From: Thermoprotei archaeon
GTDB lineage: Archaea; Thermoproteota; Thermoprotei; Gearchaeales; Gearchaeaceae
Reading direction: 5' to 3'
Length of the DNA stretch: 64,000 nucleotides
NCBI GenBank assembly: GCA_017857595.1
Contig: JAFMCU010000003.1
Coordinates: 7,403 to 71,402 of the forward strand
Shown here: positions 39,263 through 46,870 of the stretch, in pieces
How the letters are laid out: every line of letters starts with the position of its first letter
Numbering within the stretch: position 1 is the stretch's first letter
The notes under the pieces: model-generated
The model's database searches: none
Told to the model about the DNA's origin: nothing
The model's input: the letters and a program-made list of their open reading frames with translations, nothing else
Program-made: the position numbers and the translations under genes

Positions 39263-40342
39263 GTGGATATAAAAATTGAATATTTAAAGAAGTATTTAAG
39301 TAGTGTATACAATTCGAATGTTGAAATAATTGATATAAAAGGAATTAAAGTTGAAAAAGGTGAAATAAAGGGATATGGTTATGGCATCCCTATCATAATC
39401 GAGTATAAAGTTAATGGAGAATTGAAAAAAGCTGTTTTAGAAACGGTTAAGGAAGATATTTTTGGGCATGAATATATTTCTGATCGTGTGTCTAATATTA
39501 TTTTAGCTTATAAAACATTCAACAGACTTCCAAAACATGCAAAAGCTATTTCAATCGGATATTTTACAGAATCAGATGATATAGTAAAAATTGATGATTT
39601 CAAAGAATTTTTCTTATTAGTGGAGTTTATACAAGGTCAATTATATTACAAAGATTTAGAGGATATTAAATCTAGAGGAGAATTAAAGGATAAAGACATA
39701 GAAAGGTGTCGTAGACTTAGTAATTATTTAAGTCAAATTCATTCTTTGAAAAGCAAAGATTATAAGCTATACATGCGTAGAATTCGCGACCTAATAGGTC
39801 ATGGAGAATGTATCTTTGGGCTTGTTGACAGCTATCCTAGTAGTTTTGAACATTTTAGTGAGAAAGAATTTATCGAATTTGAGAAGAATCTAATAAATTG
39901 GAGATGGAAGTTGAAAAAATATTCGCATAGATTAAGTGTTATTCATGGAGATTTTCATCCGTGGAATATTTTCTTTTTTGATAACGATGACTTTATTGTT
40001 AATGATAGGAGTCGTGGTGAATACGGAGATCCTGCAGATGATGTATCAGCCTTAACTATTAATTATCTTTTTTATTCCATCCAGAAATACAAAAAATTAC
40101 ACGGACCGTTCGAAACGTTATGGCTTTCATTTTTCGAAAATTATCTTAGATTCACTGATGATGAAGAAATTTTAAGAGTTATACAGCCTTATTTTGCATG
40201 GAGGTCGTTAGTTGTAGCAAATCCTATCTGGTATCCTAACTTAGATTCTGCGGTTAGAAAATTATTATTTAATTTTACAAAAAACGTGTTAAATATTGAT
40301 TTTTTTGATTTCAAAAATGTCAACGATCTTTTAAATGAATAA
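39263..40342 (+). CDS. Phosphotransferase (APH/choline-kinase-like) family protein, GTG start
   Basis: VIHGDFHPWNIFF (HGDxxxxN catalytic loop) and downstream D-containing motif; 359 aa; 3' end overlaps cysC by 8 nt. Confidence 0.5.
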   Translation: MDIKIEYLKKYLSSVYNSNVEIIDIKGIKVEKGEIKGYGYGIPIIIEYKVNGELKKAVLETVKEDIFGHEYISDRVSNIILAYKTFNRLPKHAKAISIGYFTESDDIVKIDDFKEFFLLVEFIQGQLYYKDLEDIKSRGELKDKDIERCRRLSNYLSQIHSLKSKDYKLYMRRIRDLIGHGECIFGLVDSYPSSFEHFSEKEFIEFEKNLINWRWKLKKYSHRLSVIHGDFHPWNIFFFDNDDFIVNDRSRGEYGDPADDVSALTINYLFYSIQKYKKLHGPFETLWLSFFENYLRFTDDEEILRVIQPYFAWRSLVVANPIWYPNLDSAVRKLLFNFTKNVLNIDFFDFKNVNDLLNE

Positions 40343-40856
40343 CACTTTTTGTATATGGTTAACTGGATTACCATCATCAGGTAAATCAACAATAGCAAAA
40401 CTTTTAAAAGAAGAATTAAAAAAGTTAAACGTTAACGTATTCATTCTTGATTCAGACGATTTAAGAAAAATATTAACTCCAAATCCAAAATATACTGAAG
40501 AAGAAAGAGATTGGTTTTACAATGTTTTGGTTTATTTTGCAACGATACTGGTTCAGAATCAAGTAAATGTAATAATAGCTGCAACTGGAAACAAAGCTAA
40601 ATACAGAGAGAATTGTAGAAGATCTATTAAAAACTTCATAGAAGTTTATATAAAATGTTCTTTATCAGAATGTTTAAAAAGAGATTCAAAAGGTCTCTAC
40701 AATCTTGCTTTGCAGGGTAAGATAAATAATTTACCCGGATTACAAGATATTTATGAAGAGCCTTTAAATCCTGAATTAGTTGTTGAAAGTGATAAATTAA
40801 CTCCTGAACAAAGTGCTAATTTGATAATGCAAGAAATAAATAAAAGATTTCTTTAA
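40335..40856 (+). CDS. cysC: Adenylyl-sulfate (APS) kinase
   Basis: IWLTGLPSSGKSTIA (P-loop), FILDSDDLRKIL, and FIEVYIKCSLSECLKRDSKGLYNLALQGKINNLPGLQDIYEEP, closely paralleling E. coli CysC FIEVFVDTPL...RDPKGLY...GIDSVYEAP. Confidence 0.7.
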   Translation: MNNTFCIWLTGLPSSGKSTIAKLLKEELKKLNVNVFILDSDDLRKILTPNPKYTEEERDWFYNVLVYFATILVQNQVNVIIAATGNKAKYRENCRRSIKNFIEVYIKCSLSECLKRDSKGLYNLALQGKINNLPGLQDIYEEPLNPELVVESDKLTPEQSANLIMQEINKRFL

Positions 40857-40883
40857 ATAAATATTGAGCAAATAAATTTATAT

Positions 40884-41210
40884 ATGGCTTTAGATCCTGT
40901 TGAATATTATAAATTGTTTATTAAAGTATTCGGTAGCCCCGTTAGATTAAAAATATTAAATTCATTAAAGAGCTCACCTAAATCTGTACAAGAGATCTGT
41001 AAGGAGTTAAATTTAGAGCAAAGTTTAGTATCTCATAATCTAAAATGCCTTTTAGATTGCGGTTTTGTGAATAATAAAAGAGAAGGTAAAAGAGTTATCT
41101 ATTCGATTAATGAAAGTATAGTATTTCCGTTATTCGAGTTAATAGATAAACATATTGAAAAATACAAGGATAAGCTAATTTCATGCGGAATAATTAAATC
41201 TGAATCGTAA
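40884..41210 (+). CDS. ArsR/SmtB-family HTH transcriptional regulator
   Basis: VRLKILNSLKSSPKSVQEICKELNLEQSLVSHNLKCLLDCGFV, an ArsR-type wHTH; 108 aa. Confidence 0.7.
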   Translation: MALDPVEYYKLFIKVFGSPVRLKILNSLKSSPKSVQEICKELNLEQSLVSHNLKCLLDCGFVNNKREGKRVIYSINESIVFPLFELIDKHIEKYKDKLISCGIIKSES

Positions 41211-41226
41211 CTCATTTAAACAAATA

Positions 41227-41244
41227 TAATATAAGCTTATATTA
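41227..41244. promoter_or_regulatory. 18-bp perfect palindrome TAATATAAGCTTATATTA in the arsR-dsrE intergenic region, followed by a direct repeat AATGTTATA-ac-AATGTTATA; candidate operator overlapping a TATA-like element
   Basis: Read directly: self-complementary over 18 nt, centred about 35 nt upstream of the dsrE-like start. The core TATAAGCTTA recurs at 39239-39248 upstream of the kinase operon. Confidence 0.4.
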
Positions 41245-41270
41245 ATGTTATAACAATGTTATAGAGTAAT

Positions 41271-41654
41271 ATGAGTCAAAAACAGGAGTTACATATTGTG
41301 TTAGTTTCCAACGACCCTCAAAGAGTTTACCCTGCTTTAACATTGGTATTGGCATCTACAGCTTTAGGCGTTAAAGCTCATTTATATTGTACGATGAGCG
41401 GTTTGGATGTTGTTAAAAAAGAAACAGCAAATAAAATAACATTGCAAGGCATGCCTCCTATTGATAAGTATCTTAAAGATGCAATCGATTCAGGTACTTA
41501 TGTTTGTGCCTGTGCTCCTTCTAAAGAATTTTTAAATAAAATGGGTATAACTGAAGAAACAGTATTTCCAGGTGTAAAATTGGAAGATGCTGTTACATTC
41601 TTAAACAAAGCGTTGAATGCTGCAAGGAATGGGGGAATAGTTTTATTTGTTTAA
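41271..41654 (+). CDS. DsrE/DsrF-like sulfur-relay family protein
   Basis: 127 aa; LHIVLVSNDPQRVYPALTLV...GTYVCACAPS with the conserved Cys; immediately upstream of a TusA-like gene. Confidence 0.6.
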   Translation: MSQKQELHIVLVSNDPQRVYPALTLVLASTALGVKAHLYCTMSGLDVVKKETANKITLQGMPPIDKYLKDAIDSGTYVCACAPSKEFLNKMGITEETVFPGVKLEDAVTFLNKALNAARNGGIVLFV

Positions 41655-41662
41655 ATTCAAAT

Positions 41663-41902
41663 GTGAGTATTATGGAAACAAAAAAGCAAATTCTTGACGT
41701 TAGAAATTTAATGTGTCCTTATCCTTCTTTTCTTACAGTTAAGAAGTTAAATGAAGTTGAGAAAGGGACTATTTTGGAAGTCATTTGTGATAAAGTTGAG
41801 ATGACAATTAATTCTTTAACAACAACGCTAAAGAATAGAGGATATAAATTTGAAGTAAAAGAAGATAAGGATAATTATATAGTTGAGGTGTACAAAGATT
41901 AG
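41663..41902 (+). CDS. tusA: TusA-like sulfurtransferase
   Basis: LDVRNLMCPYP (CPxP motif); 79 aa. Confidence 0.7.
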   Translation: MSIMETKKQILDVRNLMCPYPSFLTVKKLNEVEKGTILEVICDKVEMTINSLTTTLKNRGYKFEVKEDKDNYIVEVYKD

Positions 41903-42947
41903 GACAGAACAATTTGAATTCAACATTAAGAAAATTGATAATTGGATATTAAACATCGATAAAATAAAGTCTGGAAAATTCATAAGGGATGAACTTAAAG
42001 TAGGAAATACGCCAATAGTAAGGTTAGAAAATATAGATACAAATAATTTAGAACTTTATGCAAAAATAGAATGGTTGAATCCTTTCGGGTCAATAAAAGA
42101 TCGAGCTGCTTATTGGATGATAAAAATTGCAGAAGATAAAGGAATTCTTAATAAAAATAAGACTGTTATAGAACCTACATCAGGTAACATGGGCATAGCG
42201 TTAGCATGCATAAGCATGAGCTTAGGATATAAATTCACTGCTGTGATACCCCAAGCTGTAAGCGAAGAGACAAAAAACTTGATTAGATTACTTGGAGCAG
42301 AATTATTGGAAACTTCAGATGACCTCTGTCCTAGAGTTGGAAAAGGCACTGATCAATGCATTGCATTAGCAAAAGGAATTGTTAATTCATTCCCCAATGA
42401 ATATTTTATGCCAAATCAATATGAAAATGAAGCTAACTTCTTAGCACATTATAATGGAACAGGGCCTGAAATTTTTAATCAAATGAATGGTAATATAGAC
42501 TATTTTATTACAGGTATAGGTACAGGAGGTACTGTAACAGGTGTTGGTGCATATTTAAAAGAACGTAAGGATGTAAAGATTATAGCAGCTCAACCTCAAC
42601 CAAATCATCACATCCAAGGATTGAGAAATCTACAAGAATCTGATAAACCTGCAATTCTATCAAAACGATTTCATGTTATAGATGATATATTTACGATTTC
42701 AGATGAAGAAGCATTTAGAGCTGTTAGACTTATTGCAGAAAAAGAAAAACTTTTAGTTGGTCCTTCTTCTGGTGCTGTTCTAGCAGCAGCCTTAAAGTTA
42801 GAAGAGAAGGGATTAAAAGGAAAAGCTGTTTTAATCTTTGCTGATGACGCTTTGAAGTATAGTTCTGTTTATAGACAATTTAAGGTTCTAGACGAAGAAA
42901 CTTTAAGAAGCTTAGAAGAGCTGATTTCTCTTCAAAAGGTCAATTAA
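41883..42947 (+). CDS. Cysteine synthase / cystathionine-beta-synthase-family PLP enzyme
   Basis: VGNTPIVRL, GSIKDRAA (PLP Lys), GNMGIALA, and a GTGGT Gly loop; 354 aa; overlaps tusA by 20 nt. Confidence 0.7.
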   Translation: MRCTKIRTEQFEFNIKKIDNWILNIDKIKSGKFIRDELKVGNTPIVRLENIDTNNLELYAKIEWLNPFGSIKDRAAYWMIKIAEDKGILNKNKTVIEPTSGNMGIALACISMSLGYKFTAVIPQAVSEETKNLIRLLGAELLETSDDLCPRVGKGTDQCIALAKGIVNSFPNEYFMPNQYENEANFLAHYNGTGPEIFNQMNGNIDYFITGIGTGGTVTGVGAYLKERKDVKIIAAQPQPNHHIQGLRNLQESDKPAILSKRFHVIDDIFTISDEEAFRAVRLIAEKEKLLVGPSSGAVLAAALKLEEKGLKGKAVLIFADDALKYSSVYRQFKVLDEETLRSLEELISLQKVN

Positions 42948-42982
42948 TAAAAATATATATGTAATATATTTCATATGAAATT

Positions 42983-44410
42983 ATGGGCATAAAGGAATAT
43001 GATTTGGCAATAATTGGTTATGGAGCTGCTGGATTTTCTGCTGCAATAAAATATAGTGAATTAACTGAAGGTTCAGGAAAAGTAGCATTAATAGGCAAAG
43101 GCCCTATTGGAGGAACATGTGTAAATGTCGGTTGCGTACCTTCTAAATATTTATTGGAAGCCTCACATAAGTATTTTTATTCAAAGTTTTCAAAGTATGC
43201 AGGCATAAAAGGTGTTTCTGCTGAAATAAACTTCGGTGCTTTGATTGAAAGCCTAAATGATTTCGTACAAAATATGAGAAAGTCAAAGTATGAGGACGTT
43301 ATTAGTAACTATGAAAATGTAGAAATAATTAAAGGAGATGCCAATATTATATCCGATTCAAGGGTCGTTGTTAAAAATGGGAAAGAAGAGTTAAAATTAT
43401 CATTTAAAAATCTATTGATTTCTGTAGGTTCAAGACCTTCAGTACCGCCTATAGAAGGTTTGAAAGATACAGGATATTTAACGAGTGATGATGTTTGGAA
43501 ATTGCGAGAGTTACCTAATAAAATTGGCATAATTGGTGGTGGAGCAATAGGACTGGAAATAGGTCAGGCATTAGCACATCTAGGAGCAAATGTAACAATA
43601 ATCGAGGCATTACCTAGAATAGCTTATACAACTGAACCAGAGATTTCTGAAATTCTTGAAGATATTTTAAAAGAAGAAGGAATTAAAATTTATAAACGTG
43701 TAAGGGTTTCTAAAGTTTATAAGTCTGGAAATGAAAAAGTTGTAAAAATATTATCACATGATAAGGAATTAAACCTCAATTTTGATGAGATAATTGTAGC
43801 CACAGGGAGAAGGCCTAATACTGACAATTTAAATTTAGAAGTTGCTAATATTAAAGCGAACGAAAAAGGCTACATATTAACTAATGAAAGAATGCAAACT
43901 TCAAATCCCAAAATTTATGCAGCTGGAGATTGTGTCTCTAAAAAGCTGATGCTTGAAACAGTTGCGGCTAGAGAAGGCGTTGTTGCTGCTACAAATATTG
44001 CAGGAAAGGAATCTAAAATGGATTATTTGCCTGTTCCATGGGCAATATTTACCCATCCTTCTGTTGCATCAGTAGGCTATACAGAAGATGAAGTAGTAGA
44101 AAAATACAATGCATGTAGTTGTAGAATTATAGAAATAACTGATATACCTAAAGGTCTCATATTAAAAGAAGATAAGGGTTTAGTTAAAGTGGTTATACAC
44201 CCAGAAAACGGAAAAATTCTAGGTGTTCATTCTTTGGCTCCAAATTCTATTGAATTCATTATTGAAGGCGCAATGGCTATTAAGTATGGGTTAACTATTT
44301 GGGATATAATTGAGACAACGCATATATTTCCAAGCATTAGTGAAGGAATAAAACTTGCTTCTCAAGCATTTATTAGAAACATTAAAGCAATGTCTTGCTG
44401 TGTAGAATAA
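42983..44410 (+). CDS. merA: Mercuric reductase-like pyridine nucleotide-disulfide oxidoreductase (core MerA without NmerA domain)
   Basis: GPIGGTCVNVGCVPSK redox-active CxxxxC nearly identical to the MerA core. The C-terminus SISEGIKLASQAFIRNIKAMSCCVE parallels MerA ...EGLKLAAQTF..DVKQLSCCAG, including the diagnostic vicinal Cys pair. 475 aa. Confidence 0.6.
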   Translation: MGIKEYDLAIIGYGAAGFSAAIKYSELTEGSGKVALIGKGPIGGTCVNVGCVPSKYLLEASHKYFYSKFSKYAGIKGVSAEINFGALIESLNDFVQNMRKSKYEDVISNYENVEIIKGDANIISDSRVVVKNGKEELKLSFKNLLISVGSRPSVPPIEGLKDTGYLTSDDVWKLRELPNKIGIIGGGAIGLEIGQALAHLGANVTIIEALPRIAYTTEPEISEILEDILKEEGIKIYKRVRVSKVYKSGNEKVVKILSHDKELNLNFDEIIVATGRRPNTDNLNLEVANIKANEKGYILTNERMQTSNPKIYAAGDCVSKKLMLETVAAREGVVAATNIAGKESKMDYLPVPWAIFTHPSVASVGYTEDEVVEKYNACSCRIIEITDIPKGLILKEDKGLVKVVIHPENGKILGVHSLAPNSIEFIIEGAMAIKYGLTIWDIIETTHIFPSISEGIKLASQAFIRNIKAMSCCVE

Positions 44411-44415
44411 TTATT

Positions 44416-45354
44416 CTATTTTTCTTTATAAAAATATTCGGAGTTAAATTCGTTAATTTTCTCTAAAGCTTTTTGAATGATTGTTGATTTGTAATAGCCT
44501 AGATAAATTCTTATAGCATTATCTTTTTTAAAAAAACATAAAGGGGTTAATAAGATGTTTTTCTTTTGCAATAAACTTTTGCAATAATCTAGAGAATTTA
44601 GATTTTCTTTTTCTAAAACTGCTACAGGCATATTTTCTGTGTATTTTATATTAAAATAATTTAATTTAGATTTTTTTAGTATATTATAGTTATGTTGAGT
44701 TATTCTCTTATTCCTATTTTTAAAGAATTCGTAATTTTTAAAGATATACTTTATAATTTCTTTATCAAAAATAGGTTCAGGTGAAATTAAATCTTTAATT
44801 TTAGAAATTTTTTGGATGTATTCTTTTTTTGCTACAATCCATCCAACTTTAATGCCTTTTATATTGAAAAATTTGCTTGTACTTGAAATTAATATTGCAT
44901 TATCATGAGTGAATATTTCATCTGTAACAAATGGCTTAAATATTTCATCGACTATCACTAAGTTATTTTCTACTAATTCATGTAAATTTACAAGCGATCC
45001 ATAAGGATTATTAGGATTTGAAATTACAATTATTTTATTCCTCAAATTTTCATAATTTTCAAAAAACTTAAATTTTATTCCCAAGGCTTCAGCCTGTTCA
45101 TAAAAAGGTGGATATGCTGGAATTTGAATATAAACCAAAGACGGTTTTAATGCTAAATAAACGAAAAATAGAGCTTCTTGTGCTCCGTGGACAATTAATA
45201 CATTATCAACACTTACTTTATATTGATTCGCAATTAATTCTTCAGGTTTTATATCTTCCTTATCTAAAGATTGAAAATCTTCAATAGGTTCGATGCCGCT
45301 TATTGATAGATTATAATCGCATTTATTTTCTTCCCAATCAAAAAGTTCTACCAT
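44416..45354 (-). CDS. Class I/II aminotransferase-fold protein, short form (CobD/HisC-like)
   Basis: SNPNNPYG and STSKFFNIKGIKVGW (PLP Lys); only 312 aa, with a short N-terminal arm. Confidence 0.5.
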   Translation of the reverse strand: MVELFDWEENKCDYNLSISGIEPIEDFQSLDKEDIKPEELIANQYKVSVDNVLIVHGAQEALFFVYLALKPSLVYIQIPAYPPFYEQAEALGIKFKFFENYENLRNKIIVISNPNNPYGSLVNLHELVENNLVIVDEIFKPFVTDEIFTHDNAILISSTSKFFNIKGIKVGWIVAKKEYIQKISKIKDLISPEPIFDKEIIKYIFKNYEFFKNRNKRITQHNYNILKKSKLNYFNIKYTENMPVAVLEKENLNSLDYCKSLLQKKNILLTPLCFFKKDNAIRIYLGYYKSTIIQKALEKINEFNSEYFYKEK

Positions 45355-45415
45355 TTTTACAAATACTTAATTCTTAATAATCAAAGATAAATAATAAGAA
45401 AGTTTTTAATTTTTA

Positions 45416-45700
45416 ATGTCTCAAATAATGGTTAATAAAAGGAATGGTTCTAAAGAACCCTTTATAATAGAAAAAATAGTTGTAAGCTGTGTTAAGGCTG
45501 GTGCTGATATTGAAAGTGCAAGAAAGGTTGCGAAAAATATTGAGAAAGTTTTAGAACAGAGAAAAGTAGAGGTTGTTGATTCTAATGAATTGACCAAACT
45601 TGTTTTTAATGAGCTTAAAAGATTAAATGAAGAATGGTATAAAAATTGGATTGTTTATGATAAGGCAGTAAAAAGGAGAGATACAAGTAAGCTTGTTTAA
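45416..45700 (+). CDS. Standalone ATP-cone domain protein
   Basis: MVNKRNGSKEPFIIEKIVVSCVKAG...VEVVDSNELTKLVFNEL fits the ATP-cone consensus (V.KRdG..E.F...KI); 94 aa, with no attached catalytic domain. Confidence 0.5.
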   Translation: MSQIMVNKRNGSKEPFIIEKIVVSCVKAGADIESARKVAKNIEKVLEQRKVEVVDSNELTKLVFNELKRLNEEWYKNWIVYDKAVKRRDTSKLV

Positions 45701-46113
45701 TATAGTATTTTTTTATACTTAGAAATAGAATAAACTAGGCTTACTATTATAAGAATTGCAGATACATGAGCTATAGTACAATATAAACAAATATAGCCTA
45801 TAACTCCTATTTCAACAAAAATTAAATAAATCAAAGAACCAATGCCAAGAAACATAAAAATAACATGAATTAATACGTCATCATGTCCAGTTAAAGATAA
45901 TAATAGAAAAGCTATAAACCATATCATACCTAATAATGACCAAGGTATTCCAAATAAATGTGAATACGGACTATTCAATACATTTTCGCAACTTATAAAA
46001 GATAAATTTGTATTGCAACTTAACGTAGCATTAGATTCAAAAAAAGTAATATAGCTTGAATCTGAAAAACCCAAAAGAGAAAAAGCTAATATAATGTATC
46101 TAATAATAGTCAT
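45697..46113 (-). CDS. Vitamin K epoxide reductase (VKOR)-family membrane oxidoreductase
   Basis: 4 TM segments in 138 aa; loop Cys pair (LSCNTNLSFISC) followed by SPYSHLFGIPWSLLG, and a CxxC in the last TM helix (ICLYCTIAH). Confidence 0.55.
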   Translation of the reverse strand: MTIIRYIILAFSLLGFSDSSYITFFESNATLSCNTNLSFISCENVLNSPYSHLFGIPWSLLGMIWFIAFLLLSLTGHDDVLIHVIFMFLGIGSLIYLIFVEIGVIGYICLYCTIAHVSAILIIVSLVYSISKYKKILY

Positions 46114-46843
46114 TACATTTTGGTATCAAGGATAATATGAATTGATTTACATTGGGTAAAGTTATGTAACTTGATAATTTATTTAGCGCATTTAAAATCG
46201 CATTTACTAACTGCTGGCTTTCTTGATAAACTGCTTGATATAGCTGTCCTTGTTTAGAACTTATCATTTGTTGTACTTGTTGGAATGATAATCCTAAAAA
46301 TAATGCTGGGCTGATACCAGAGCCTATTCTAAAATATATTCCACCTACAGAAATAAACGGTATTGCGCCGCCTGGGTCATATGTACTAAATAGTTGTTCT
46401 TCTAAAGAATTCATTTGTTGCAACGATACGTTACCATATCTATTACTTAGCTCAACTTCCAAAAATTCAATTTTATTACTTTTGTAGATCGCATCAACAA
46501 AAGTATAAGTTGGTATATTAGGATATGTTTCTTCGTAAGGTGAACTGTAAATTGGTTGTAAGTTGCTCCAATTCCCAAAATGAGATAGAGCCATCACAAT
46601 TGCCCATCTTTCTGCAGCACAATAGGGACAGTATTCTGCACCAATATATATAAATGCTAACTTTCCATTTTGTGTAATAATTGGGTTATTTGGATAGTAT
46701 GTTAAGTTTGTAGCATAAACACCTGTTACTTTATTCGATTCTTGATTCATAATTATATAAATTGAAATTATTAAAATTAAAGCTACAATAAAAATAAATA
46801 TAAAAATATTTCTATTCTTGTTATTCTTTTTTGACTTTTTCAT
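46100..46843 (-). CDS. Membrane-anchored thioredoxin-fold protein (DsbA-like partner of VKOR)
   Basis: N-terminal signal/anchor helix, then AEYCPYCAAERW (CPYC thioredoxin active site); 247 aa; overlaps the VKOR gene start. Confidence 0.5.
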   Translation of the reverse strand: MKKSKKNNKNRNIFIFIFIVALILIISIYIIMNQESNKVTGVYATNLTYYPNNPIITQNGKLAFIYIGAEYCPYCAAERWAIVMALSHFGNWSNLQPIYSSPYEETYPNIPTYTFVDAIYKSNKIEFLEVELSNRYGNVSLQQMNSLEEQLFSTYDPGGAIPFISVGGIYFRIGSGISPALFLGLSFQQVQQMISSKQGQLYQAVYQESQQLVNAILNALNKLSSYITLPNVNQFILSLIPKCNDYY

Positions 46844-46870
46844 TTATTATTATTATTTTCTAAGTTTCTT

